Source: Caecitellus pseudoparvulus (taxonomy: Eukaryota > Protista > Bigyra: Bicosoecida). From it: DNA of 64,000 nucleotides. Where the stretch lies: contig CBFFRQ010000096.1 in NCBI GenBank assembly GCA_965644315.1, forward strand, positions 248,001 through 312,000, given 5' to 3'. This document shows, piece after piece, positions 43,491 through 55,465 of this stretch. The notes beneath the pieces are model-generated. The model was not told the origin of the DNA, did not search any database, and saw only the letters and a list, made by a program, of their open reading frames with translations. A program made the translations under genes and the position numbers. Each line of letters starts with the position of its first letter. Positions within the stretch are counted from its first letter, which is position 1.

Positions 43491-44611
43491 ATCCCCTGCT
43501 GTCGCTGTGCCTGCTTGCGAATAGCCTGTGACGCGCTGTGCGCACGGGCTGTGGCCTGGAGTGCACTTTGAATGCTGCTTTGCAGCGCGGCCGTCGCCGC
43601 AGCCTGCTGCTGCCGTGTGCCGGTGAGGTACGCCAAGCGCACCCCACCACTGTCTTTCTGCGCGAGCTTGATGCCGCAGCCTGTGGCTTGTCTGATCGCG
43701 TTGATGCTACGGCCACCTCGGCCTATGACGGCACCGACTGCCGCCGTAGGGATCGCAACGCAGGGAGTGTCGGCTGGTGGAGGGCTGACAGCAAAGGCGC
43801 CTGCCGGGAAACCAACAGCTTCTCCGGAGCTGCTCGCACTCGACGAGCCTGCTGTCATGCTTGAGGAGTGCTCAGGCATGCCTGTGTGCTGCTGAAGCTG
43901 GCATTGACTGAGAACTTGCAGAAACAGCCACCACAACTCGGCCGTGGTGGAAGTTGAGAGGTGCACAGTTGTCCGGAAAGCGGCATCCAGAGCGGCGGGG
44001 TGCTTTTCGATGCGAATGGAGCAGTGTGCTGGCAGAGCCTGCCTGAGTTTGGAGATAGTGCGGCCTCCCTGCCCAATCAGTGCGCCAGTTTGTTTGTTGT
44101 CGATGATGAGCGCAGCTGCCGGTGGGCCGCTGCGCAACGCGCTCACGACTTCCAACACCGCCTGCACTGCACCGTGCTGCTCTGGCTGGGGGCCTGAGAC
44201 AGTTAACACCCGGAATTCACCTGCTTGCTGCGCGTCCAAGATGCGGATGCGGCAAGACTCGAATTGGCCCCGCAGGTCATGAATCGGGCCAGCGCCTCCG
44301 CCGATGAGCATTGAAGCCACTGTGGGAGCAACGCCGAGACGTGTTGCGGTGATGCGCTTCGTGCTACAGTGCAGTGACACGGGCATGGATGTGCAGCTGC
44401 TGTCATGGCTCGGTCGCGATCCATGCGGACTGGGCGCTGGCGTGGTGCTTGGCGTTTCGCTTGCGCTCTGCGTTTCTGCGCACTCAACATGAACTGCTCG
44501 CTTCGCAGTGACTGAAGACAGAGACTCCTCAGCGCCCCAGGAAGTATTTCGGGGACGCTTCCTTCCCCCCTCTTTCAGCCCGTCTGGACTCAGCGAGCCT
44601 TGCGAGGCCAT
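43484..44611 (-). CDS. KH-domain RNA-binding protein (three KH repeats, first degenerate)
   Basis: LIGQGGRTISKLR and VIGRGGRSINAIRQATGCGI GxxG loops; degenerate LIGGGAGPIHDLR. Confidence 0.8.
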   Translation of the reverse strand: MASQGSLSPDGLKEGGRKRPRNTSWGAEESLSSVTAKRAVHVECAETQSASETPSTTPAPSPHGSRPSHDSSCTSMPVSLHCSTKRITATRLGVAPTVASMLIGGGAGPIHDLRGQFESCRIRILDAQQAGEFRVLTVSGPQPEQHGAVQAVLEVVSALRSGPPAAALIIDNKQTGALIGQGGRTISKLRQALPAHCSIRIEKHPAALDAAFRTTVHLSTSTTAELWWLFLQVLSQCQLQQHTGMPEHSSSMTAGSSSASSSGEAVGFPAGAFAVSPPPADTPCVAIPTAAVGAVIGRGGRSINAIRQATGCGIKLAQKDSGGVRLAYLTGTRQQQAAATAALQSSIQSALQATARAHSASQAIRKQAQRQQGIQ

Positions 44612-44990
44612 GGGTCAGATTTGAGCTTTTGATGGCCTGCCTCGATCGCTCCGCAGTGACGCTGCCTCGCGCCTCTCACACCTGGACCGTGGCATACGCC
44701 AGGGCAATACTTTCGTTCACAACTTCGGCAGTTTTCCTGTATTTGAATTGTTTTGACGATTGGTGTCGCTCGGTTTCTCGCCTCAACAGGCAGAAAATTT
44801 TAGCAGTCTCACTCGCCGCGTCCTGCCTCGCTTCCAGATCCCGGCTCGACCCACAATATCAACCTAGATCCTAACCCCAACCTTCCACATGGTCTCATCC
44901 ACCCAGTAGCTTTGGCCCCTCTCTTACCAAGCGCGTCAAACACACAGCTAGTAAAACCGGGGGCTAGCAATTTCCGCTGTAGGCACACAA

Positions 44991-45784
44991 ATGGCAGCTT
45001 TGCGCCGCGTCGCGCTGGTGAAGTTGCCAGTACACAAGACGGGGCACTTTCACAACCTCGTTGCCGCTCGTGTGCTGGACAGCACTTTCTGGCTGCAGTC
45101 TGTTCCGTCTGCCCGCTGCTCCTCGAAAGCTGCCCCAAGTGGCACAGCCAAGACAGAGCCAAGTGGCGCATCAGCGCCCCCATCCACAGATGGTGCGACA
45201 GAGAAGAGCCAATGGGTAAAGTCCATCGATCCTGCCAATGGACTTCCCTTCTGGTACAACAAGGTGACGATGGAGCACCGAGACAAGGAGCCTGAGTTCG
45301 CGAAGTACGATGACCTGAAGGACTCTGAGACCCCGGCAGACGTGAAGCTCGTGCGCGGGACGGACGGGCGGATGTGGGAGTCGTGGGTGATGCTGTGGAC
45401 CCAAGTTCGGCCCCTCGCCGCCGTCACTTGTTGTGCTCCCTCCGCAGGTACCGCACGCAGCCACCACACGACAAGCCGTACTGGTTCCACCGCCCCAGCG
45501 GGGAGGCGACGTGGAAGGACCCCGAAGTCACCCCTGCAGATGCCCTGGACATCGATGATGGCAAGCCTGGCAAGACGTGGCAGTCAATCCGAGCCTTCTT
45601 CGGCTTTGGAGGCGGCGATGATGCCGCCGACGAGCAGCCATCAGCATCCGCCGCAAGCCAGCCCAAGCCAGGACGCCAAAGTCAAGAGACACTGCATGAA
45701 GCATCTCCATCACAGGGCAAGTCATCTCGCATCAAGCCCTCAAACACTAGTCCTCCCAACACCCCTGAGCAGGGCAAGGAATGA
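44991..45784 (+). CDS. Tandem WW-domain protein with possible mitochondrial presequence
   Basis: WVKSIDPANGLPFWYNKVT and, after an inferred intron ~45383-45447, WESYRTQPPHDKPYWFHRPSGEATWKDP. Confidence 0.65.
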
Positions 45785-45955
45785 TGCACCGACACCACAG
45801 GTTGTCAAAGCGCGCCCACTTTATCGCAATTCAAATAGACGGGCAGAACAACGAGGTGTGACTCAAATACAAGTTATTCTGAGTTTCACCTTCATGCCCT
45901 GAAGCAGGCGTGCCTGCACGCCAGTGCCCCCACATCGCCAAGACATCTGCGGAAT

Positions 45956-47798
45956 ATGGCTGAAGTGGTGGCACTCTTGGAGACCGCCAAGGCAGTCGAC
46001 GAGGCCTTCCACGCAAAGCTGAAAAGTGCAATTGGAATCATTCAGTCGGCACTGCATGTGTACAAGGAGTCTGAGCTTGCATTCAGCTTCAATGGCGGCA
46101 AGGACTCCACCGTCGTGCTGCACCTGCTGAGAGCGGCACTGGCCCTGTCTGAGGCGCCTGCCAGCGCCCCCCTGGCTGGGGTGCGCAATGTGTACTTTAG
46201 CACGCGTGACGAGTTCCCCGAAATCTTGGACTTCATCGAGGAGTGCAACGCGGAGTACGGCATGAAGCTGGTGCGAGAGGCAGGCTTCCCACGCGGATTG
46301 CAGGACACCGTCACCAAGTACGGCACCCGAGCGATCCTACTGGGGACACGGTCCACCGACCCCGACGGCCGTGCGTGCCTGCGTGCCTTGAGTCTGGTGC
46401 ATATGTCAACCCCACTTTGTCGCCTCACAATCCTTCCCAGGGCACCTGGAAGCCTTCGCCCCGTGCTCGCCAGGGTGGCCCCCTGTCATGCGCGTGAACC
46501 CCATCCTGCACTGGACGTACACAGACGTGTGGAAGCTGCTGTGGGGCGCCCAGCTGCGCGTCGCACCGCTTTACATGCAGGGGTACACTTCGTTGGGCAG
46601 CACGTGTGACAGCACGCCCAATCCAGCCTTGAGGGTGCCAGCCAGCGTGGTGGCGAGTGCAACGCCAGCACCCGCAGCTGCTTCGACGCAACCTGGCGAG
46701 CACACTCTGCAGATTCCCCTGGCCATGCTCCTTGCAAATTTGGACACAGATGATGAAGCAGTGCAGGGTGTCATTGCCCTGCACCAAGCAACAGGCGGTG
46801 CTGCGGCCAGCACCGTGACAGTTGTGCAGGCAGAGGATGGCTGTCACTACGCGCCCGGGTACTGCCTGACAGACAGTGACAAGGAGCGGGATGGGCGGAA
46901 ACGGCGGTCAAAGCCGCGGGGAAGGTCCGCGAGTTTTGCGGCGCTGGAGGCGCTGTCCACAGTGGAAGGTGTCCTGGACTGCCTCCGCTCAAGCACTTGC
47001 TCGGCAGCTGGAGTGGTTGTGGTGGGGGATGAAGTGCTGGCAGGTCGGACGCCAGATGCAAACGGACCGCACATCATCGCTACCTTGGCGGGGGCTGGCC
47101 TGCGGGTGTCACGCTGCACCATTGTGCCGGACCAGTGTGCGGCCATCGCGACAGAAGTCGCTTCGCTTTCTGCAGCTTGTCGGGTGGTGGTGACTGCAGG
47201 GGGCGTGGGGCCCACCCATGACGATGTCACAATGGCAGGTGTCGCAGCCGGCATGGGCGTGCCACTGACACGCCACGCTGAGATGGAGGCGTTCCTGCGA
47301 GAGTGGCATGCAGCACGAGGTGAGGAGGTGACAGAGGCTGCGCTGCGCATGGCTGACCTGCCACACGGCGCAGTGTTGCTGCGGAGGGGCGACGTGGGGG
47401 GGGCTGCTGCGGAGGGTTTGGAATACCCTGTCGTCGTCATGCGCAACATCATCATCCTGCCAGGCGTGCCCTCCCTCGTGCAGGCCAAGCTGGGCATGTT
47501 CCTGCCTCTGCTGTCCCAGGGCACGCAGCCCCTCTCCACCCTGGAGTTGCGGGTGCGTGAGCCGGAAGCGCGGTTGGCTGGGCCCCTGGCAAGTCTCGCA
47601 GAGCAGTTTTCTGTGGCTCAAGTGGCGCTAGGTAGCTACCCTGTCGACAACGGCCACTTCTCGGCAACGGCCGGCAGCGCTGATGGGTCAGCGTCACCAG
47701 AGGTTGTGCTGGTGCTGAGCGGGCCGCCTGATGCCGTCGCTGCTTCAGGCAGTCAGCTGCAGAGTGCGCTGAAGGAGGCAGGAATCCATTGCATGTGA
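45956..47798 (+). CDS. FLAD1: FAD synthase: PAPS-reductase domain plus molybdopterin-binding/CinA-like domain
   Basis: SFNGGKDSTV, GTRSTDP, MRVNPILHW, LYMQGYTSLG, ERDGR; then VGDEVLAG..DAN, GGVGPTHDDVT, LPGVP; intron 46371-46440. Confidence 0.9.
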
Positions 47799-47828
47799 TG
47801 TGCAGGTGTGCATGCATTGTGGCCCCGT

Positions 47829-50325
47829 CTAGAACAGGTCCTGGTCGTACGAACTCATGATCTCCTTGCGAGAAATGATGCCCACGGGCTCGTTGGCATC
47901 ATCTGTCACAACCAAGTGCCTTATGCCGAGAGATCTGAACAGCGTGAACACTCGGCTGAGAGGGCACTGGCGCTGCACTGCGATGGGCACGGGGTTCATG
48001 ATGGGGCGCAAGTCCAGGTACGCCGCCAAGTCCTCCGGCGCCAGGTCGGCCACGCCATCGGTTGACTGCGTTTTGCTGCTGAGCGTCGTAGCGAAGTCAT
48101 CCACGTGCAGGCGCTGGGCGGCCGTGGGCCCAAAGGCGCGGTGCTTCAGCATGACCACCAGCTGGTTCCGCATGATCATGCCGACGTACCGGTGTGGCTG
48201 TGCTGTGGAAACGACGGGGAAGCCGTTGTGGCGGCACGTCTGCAGCAAGCGCACGACGTCCTTCACTGGCGGCATCTCTGTCAGCATGCGCACGGGGTGA
48301 GCCATGACGTCCTGCGCCGTGGACGCGAACATGTTCCCTGACGGCTTGGACTCCACGAAGGGCATGCACTGCAGCTCAACGTGCAAGTCATACAGTGCAA
48401 TGCCAAACAAGTCTCCGACCCACTTGCTGACGAGCAGCACAAGCATGGTCGGGGTGACGAACGTGATGTCGTTCGTGGTTTCAGTCAGGATGACAGCGAG
48501 AGAGATCGTCATGCGTGCGACGCCACCTAAACTTGCCGTGGCGCCGATGATCGCGTAAGTGCCCGGCACGACGCCTGCGTCGGGGAACAGCATGCGAATG
48601 GCCTCCCCCATAAGCCGCCCGTACGCGCAGCCCATGAGGATGCACGGCACAAAGAGGCCTGACGGCACGGAGATGCCGTAGGTGATCACCGCAAGGAAGA
48701 AGATGACGACGAAGAAGCCCAACAGGGCGCCCATGTCGTACTGTTCCTCGTTGTGGAAGAAACCCTTGATGACTTGCTCCCATGGTGCGAAGAGGATGCT
48801 CGCCATGGTGTTGTACTCGCCGTCGGCGCAGTTGTACCGTGAGAGGAACTCCTTACTGGCGTCCCCGATGATGGGTCGACACTCAGAGAATACGTAGGGT
48901 GCCCAGAACGTCAGGACAGCCGTGGACAATGCAACGAGCATGGCTTCAGTCCACTTCAGGAGGGGCTTGCCTGCCAAGTGCTCCCGGCGCCAGTGGCAAA
49001 TGCGCTCATTCACAGTGTTGAACAGTGCGCCTTGCAAGCCCCCAAACAGGCCCAGGATGAGGAAGAAAGGCAGCTCCCACACACGGAATGGGTCCTTGAT
49101 GGCAGGCGCGAAGGAGATGAGCCCAGAGTAGTTGGAGGAGGGGTCCTCGATGATCTTCCAAATGTTCAGGAAGAACGTGCCCAGCACCGAGCACATGAAC
49201 ACCATCCACGTCAGCTGCGTGGACCAGAACGATGACGCCTCCTCCAAGGAAAAGAGAATGCCGCCCACAGGCGCCCCGAACGCAGCAGCGACGCCAGCCG
49301 CCGCCCCGCCCGACACGAAGTCGCGCTTGTCCTTGTCGTTGCGGAAGCGGTGCGTCCAGCCCCGCAGCCAGGATCCGCGCCTGGACAAGCGCGCACAGCC
49401 AGTGCAGTGAGACACGTTGGCCGCCACCACTGCCCCTGTGTGCACGAGGGGGCCTTCTTTGCCGATGGCTAGCCCCGCTCCAACGGCAAAGACAACCCCG
49501 ACGCACTTGACCAGCAGTGTGGGGATGCGCAGGAAGCGGGCGTAGTTTGTGCCGTTCAGATACCCCTTAATTTGCGGAATGCCACTGCCTGCCGCAACGG
49601 GCTCGACAAACGCTGTCAGTGCCGCGGCGACGGCGACGTAGGCCAAGTCGAAACCCAGGTACACCCCGAATGCAGCTGGCAAGGAGTTGGACCATGTCAG
49701 CGGGTGCACGTTGCTGAACTTGAGCTCTGTGAGGAACTCCACAGCCTTGGCCAGCCCGAAGGCCACCGTGCCTGTGATGACACCGACAATGCCAAACACC
49801 CACCAGCGTGCCAGGTTCACGCGGGAGTTCTGGGCCTGGTCCGTGCCCATGCGGTCACGCCGGTACAGTGCGTTGGCTGGCACGTCGTAGTCCAGGGACT
49901 CATACGAGTACATGAGCCGCAGCTCCTTCTCAGACATGTGGTGTGTGTGGCTGTTCTTGTGTAGCTTCTTGGGTGCATGGTCAACCGCTGCTGCAGCAGC
50001 GTCCGCCACATCCTGAGCAGGGGCGCAGGGCGGCAAGCGTGCACGCCCGCAGCGCCAGCTGCTTGGCTCAGGCACTCACAGCCATGTCCTCCAGCAGCGC
50101 CGTCGCTGCAGCTTCTGCGGCCTTGTGCCGCCTCCTGATTGATTCCTTATCTTCCATTGCTGAAACACTGTCCACACTTGTCAAGGCGATGCCGGTGTCG
50201 CCTGCAGAGAGGTGAAAAGGTTGGCCTCAAGTGCAGTGCACTTCGCACGCTGGAGCGGGCGCCAGCCGAGCCTGGTACGCACCGGATGCAGTCCTCTCCT
50301 GGCGCCTTCTGCCAGCCACGCTCAT
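47829..50325 (-). CDS. CLC-6/7-type Cl-/H+ antiporter with two CBS domains
   Basis: YESLDY, GSGIP, GKEGP, LEEASSFW, SGLFVP, HNGFPV; predicted introns 50282-50202 and 50079-50013. Confidence 0.92.
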
Positions 50326-50546
50326 GCCTGGGTCCCGCGTCGCAAAAGGCAGGTGCGGGAAAGATGGGGAGTCCAAGCAGTGTGCAGGGCTGCCGAGGTG
50401 AGCTGGCGTGAGTCCCTTTCAACCAGCAGCACATGCACCTCCCGCCCGCCAGATGGTGGAGAGATGCGAGATACCAGGATGAAGCTGCGAGGAAGGGCGC
50501 CTTGTGTTGGTACCTTCAATGTGAGGGTGCATTGCCGCCTGCAGGC

Positions 50547-53500
50547 TTACATGGTGGACGTGGAGGGGGGCTCGTACGGCACTGCAGCCTCCGTGACATA
50601 CCAGTCGAAAGCAAACGCCTCAGCAGTGGCGATGCTGGAGCCCTCCTTGGCCTTTTGCACGGCATCCAGGCTGGCCACCTTGGCGACGATTTTCACGCCC
50701 CAGTGCGGCGCGAAGTAGCGCACGGGGTGGTCCACGTGCACCACGTCGTAGAACACGGGCGCCTCTTGCTCCAGGCCGTCGCCGCCCGCCGGCGCGGCAG
50801 GCTGCCCGCCGGGGGCAGCTGCCTTGGCGGCATCCTCTGCCGCCTTCTCCTTCAAGGCATCCATCATCTGGCTCACTGCGCAGTTGACACGGTGCTTGTC
50901 CGCGGTGTCGTCCACTGACGTCAGGGGCAGGGTGAGCTCGCAATGCGGCAGGTGGGGGGCTGTCGTGCACTCGCAGGGGGCCAGCTCGACCGGCTGCATG
51001 GCGATGGAGGTGGAGGAGGTCCCGGAGCCGTACAGCATATCCACAGGGGCCACTCGAAAGCCGCCAGTGACGGCTCGGGCGATGGTGTACCTGCGCTTCT
51101 TGAGCTCCAGGAGGATGCGCCGCATGACGCACTGGTCGCCGACTTCAGGCACAGCTTCAGCCTGCTCTGCCATTTTCTCACCACCCTCCTTCGCAGCCGG
51201 TGCCTTGTCCTCCAGCCTGCGCTGGGCCTTGCCGTCCTTGGCGGGCGGGGCAGCGGCCTGCGGCACATGCTTCAGCACACGCATGATGGCGCCCACCAAG
51301 TCCGCCTTGACCACACCCAGAGACGTCATACGCTGCCACAGGGGGTGGCTCTCTGGCAAGGGCATCAGCGCGTCGTCCTCGCCGTGGTGCAGGGACAGTC
51401 CCGTGTGCCCTTGCAGCATGTCGTCGCCGTCGTCACTGGCTTGGCTGGCAGCCTTGGAGCTGGCTGCAGAGGGCGTGCCTGCCGTGGCGCCAGAGTTGAA
51501 GAACGAACGCGAGCCGAAGCCGTACGCCCCATCGTCGTCTTGCAAGCCTGACCGTGTCTTGAAGGTAGACTCCCCGCGCAGGGTGGACCCCAGGCGCCGT
51601 GCGCCGGGGGCAGGGGCTGGGTCATCACTCACACTCTTCCCATTCTGAGTGGGGTCGGCCCACTTGTAGAAGTGGGGGTCTTTGAACGCAGGGGTCTCCC
51701 CCTCAGGCAGCTCCACGTCGGCAATGCCGCCGTCTCGCATGAGGAAGCCCAGTGCGTCGTCTGTCGCGTACTCGTCCATCTCCAGGGCGTAGGGCACAGG
51801 CGCGTACACCTGGCGCCCCTCGATGACACGCCACAGAGTCTTGCGGGCCAGGGAAGGCGCGACAGCGGACGTGGACGAGTCCAGGACGAACACGGTGGAG
51901 GACATGGCCGGCACGGCAGTCAGGCCTGCGACGACGGCGCGCAGCCATGCGTTGGGCAGCAGAGGGTGCACAGAGCTGTCTTGCAGCACCCCCATGGTGT
52001 CTTGCGCAGGGGGAGTCCACGTGGACGCGTCCTCGCCCCCTGCTCCGGGGTTCGCGGCAGCCTCCTTCCCGGCAGCCTCGGCAGCCGCCTCCTCCTCCTT
52101 CACGCGCTCCTTCTCGCTGGCCCCCGTGGCAGCCTTGTTGGCAGCCAACCACTCCTTGAAGGCCTTGTCCAGCTTGGCACGGTACGGTTTCAAGTGCCCA
52201 CCCAAGTGCGCCAGGAGGGCGGTCTTGGTGCCGGCTGCAGGGGGCAGGTTGGGCACGATGGAGATGTTGAAGTGCACTTGGGGCGTCGCAGCCTCCACGG
52301 CGTCCCTGACACGTTGCATGACGGGGAAGTCCTTGCCCAGGAACTCCATGTCTTCCTCGATGGGCACGATGATGAGTCGCGCAAAGTCGGTGCTGTGGTC
52401 CCCCTTGGCGGGCGCCTCAGCGCCCTGCCCCTCCATGGCATCCACGCTGTACCGTGACGGCAGGTTGGCCACACCCAGGGTGCGCAGGAGGGAGGGCAGG
52501 GAGCGCAAGTTGCGGGCCCGGAAGGGCAGGATGAAGTGCACGATGGAGCGGGAGCCGAATGCGGGTGCGGCGTCCCCAGCCCCCGCCTCGTTGTCGGCGC
52601 GCCGGGGCAGCATGGGGGGCAGGGGCACAGCCGGCGCCGCGCTCTCTGGCGCAGCTGCGTGCTCTGCAGCCCCCAGCACGGCGGCGTCAGACTGCAGCGC
52701 GCGGCCCTTGGCTGCGTCGGCGCCGCCAGGCAGCTTGCCAGGGTGGAATAGGTGGTCGATGGAGGACTTGTAGGTGAGGGGCTGCACCACTGGCTTGGGG
52801 ATCCACCGCCGCCGGAAGCAGGCGGTGCGGACGGTCACCGGCGTGTCGCTGGCGTCCCCCAGGTCCAGCGCGTGCCTGTCCACGAGGGGCAGCTTGGCCT
52901 TGTAGAACACGCCGAAGACGGGGTGCACCGCGAACAGCACGGTGTCACAGCACCGGCTGCTGTCGGAGGCATTGTAGGCCCAGGGTGCGATGGCTGCGCG
53001 CTCCAGGGCCTCGTCCTGCCCCCGCAGCGAGTGCAGGGCCTGGTGCGCGACATGCTGAGCCATGCTGCGCTCCGTGGCCTGGTACATGCGAGGCTCCACA
53101 GCCTCTTCGTTCTTGCCTGCAACGCCCACGCAGGGCTGCGCATGCAGCTCCACAGCTGCCGTGGACACGTCGGGGTACATGTTCACCCCGGCCCCCACAG
53201 GCCAGGACACTTCCCCCTGCTCGTCGGGGCAGAACCAGTTCAGGATGGTGGTTGCGCCGTCCTCGATGAGGCTCTCCTGCATCGCCGCCAGCTGCTGACC
53301 CAGTAGCTCTTGCAGGCCCGCCTCCACATTGGCCTCCTTCTTCGTCACCTGCGCAGAGGAGCGTGAGTGTGTGTCGGCAGCGCGTGCATCGGGCTGTGCG
53401 CCTGTCCACCACGTGGAAGGCCCACTCGCAGCCCCAAACTCACCATGCTCTCCACCTCTGCCTTCTTGGCGTCCAGCTTGGCCTGGAGATCCTTCAGTTT

Positions 53501-54022
53501 CTGCTCGTCCTTGCCTCCACTGGCCCGCTCCTGCGCGGGGAGTCCGAGGCGGCGTGCCGCGTGGCTCGCCAGGCGTGCGAAGGTGAAACGCCGATGGCAC
53601 GCTCAGGGCGGCCCCAGCACTGGCGCAGAACACGCACAGCATCAAGCTGCGCCTGCAGGGCAGCGGCCTCAGCTTCCAGGCTCATGAGGTCAGCAGCGTG
53701 CTGGGCCTCGATTTCTGCCCTGAGCTTGGCCCGCAAAGCCTCAACTTCAGCTGCAAGCGCCGGGTGGTGTGTGCGTGATGTGGGCAGCTTGCCGCAGGTT
53801 TCAGCACTCTGGCAGCAACGCACCGTCCGTGATGGAGTGCGGGCGAACCGGGGCCTGCGACACTGTCCCCGTCTCACTGGAGGACAGCATGGTGGACAGC
53901 AAGGCGAAGCCAACGACCGAGACCAGGGCAACCACCACGATGCGGGTGCGCTCCCCCAGCAACATCCACCGACGAGCCACCCCAGCGCGTGGCAGCCGCG
54001 TGTCCACAACTGCACCACTCAT
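50547..54022 (-). CDS. Type II membrane protein with coiled-coil stem and divergent chondroitin synthase (CHGN)-like domain
   Basis: N-terminal TM IVVVALVSVVGFALL; three introns join a coiled coil to the long exon; HPVFGVFY, IVHFILPF, VFVLD, VIEGRQVYAPV, LGVVKADL resemble CHSY/CHPF motifs. Confidence 0.5.
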
Positions 54023-54394
54023 GTCTGCGGTAGCCTCGTGGCGATGGCAGCGCGGAACACTGGCTTGCTCGCAAGCTTGTGGCCGGACTGCCCTGGCACA
54101 GCCAAGGTTCTGACAGAAGGCTGGGGCAAGGCCTGCAGCGCAGCCTTTCCAGGGCTCAGCGTTGAGCCTTGGGTGCACTGCCGGTGCAAAGAGCCGAGAC
54201 ACGAGAGTGCCGGGGGTGGTTGAATTGTGTAGCGTGCCTGCAATGCAGGCAGTGCCCTGGAGCGCTGGTGCCAGGCACGAGGTGGCACTGCGCGGCTGCC
54301 AGGCACCGGGGCTCCTCATGCGGTGCATAGAAAAAATTACCCAGTCTCAATGCAGCCACATTGATGCCCCCTACAGCCGTGACGCGTTTCCCGT

Positions 54395-55212
54395 TCATGG
54401 CTGCGCGCGAGGGCAGATGGCCTGCCCCCGGGTACCCAACGCAGCGAGGGACTGGCTAATCATGACCGTTTCTCGGTAGGCGTTCACGAGGATGGGCTTG
54501 CACGCAGGCTGGGGAGCCTGCATGGCATTCGCCGTGGCCAGGCTCGGCTGCAAAGCGGCGCTCTGCCGTGCCCTGCGTTTCAGCGTGGACGCCATGGCAC
54601 CACCCCGTGACAGCACCCGGCGCGAGACCTTGCGTTTGGAAAACTGGTCCCCTTGACGCTCTGGAGACGAAGCTGGCGATGCAGAAGCTGAAACAGGGCT
54701 GTGTTTGTGATGCTGCTGCCCTTGGGCAAGGTGCTGTGGGAGCAAGCTGGGTGGCTGGTCCCTGCAGGTGGAGCCACGAGCAGGGAACGAGCTTGCAGGT
54801 GAGTGTCGCATCGTGCCAACGTGGGGGTGGTGGCGCAGGTGTCGAAGCGTGTGCTCAGTTCCACTGCGTGCAGTGGACGGCCCAGAGGCAGAGCGACCGT
54901 GGCAGGCAGAGCCGGACACTCCCGACACCAAGGCATGGCAAGACTGTTGCGAGAGTGGCGCGTGGAGATGTGTCCCTAGCACAGGGTGCTGCCTGAAATG
55001 CGAGGCAGCGCAGCGAGCCGTGAGAGAAAAGCGCTTGCCACAGCCGCGTTGCTGCAGCGTTTCTTGAGCCACATGCACTTCACCTACCTCAGCGCTCGCT
55101 CCGCAAGCAGGGGGGGCACCTTGCTCAGCTCCAGCACGTCTATCGGGAGGCATTCAGGTGTCGTACAGAGGCCCAGCTCCTCAGTGGGGCTGAGCGGGGT
55201 GTTGCTGGCCAT
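54395..55212 (-). CDS. Hypothetical protein
   Basis: ATG at 55212 exon joins the 54395 ORF in frame via GTAGGT..TTTCAG; no domain recognised. Confidence 0.3.
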
Positions 55213-55465
55213 GCTGCGCGGACTGGCAACAAAAGCCCTCGTGCAACGCCAAACCACACGTGCACTGAAAAAGGCAAGTCGATGCCGTGGAAGACGTGAA
55301 GAATGTGGGAGCAGGGTGGTATGTGGGATATGGAGGGTGGGGAATCACCTGGCTGGGTTTTTTGTCCATTATCTTTTCCCCGCAGCAACGCAGTGCGCCA
55401 CACAGCACCGTGAAAGCGAGGCAACTTCACACATGCCGCACGCTGGTGGGTGGGGGGAAGCCAAC

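Noticed and set aside
45956-47798. FAD synthase domain order as a novel fusion
   Set aside because: PAPS-reductase plus molybdopterin-binding fusions are known; this order occurs in plants.
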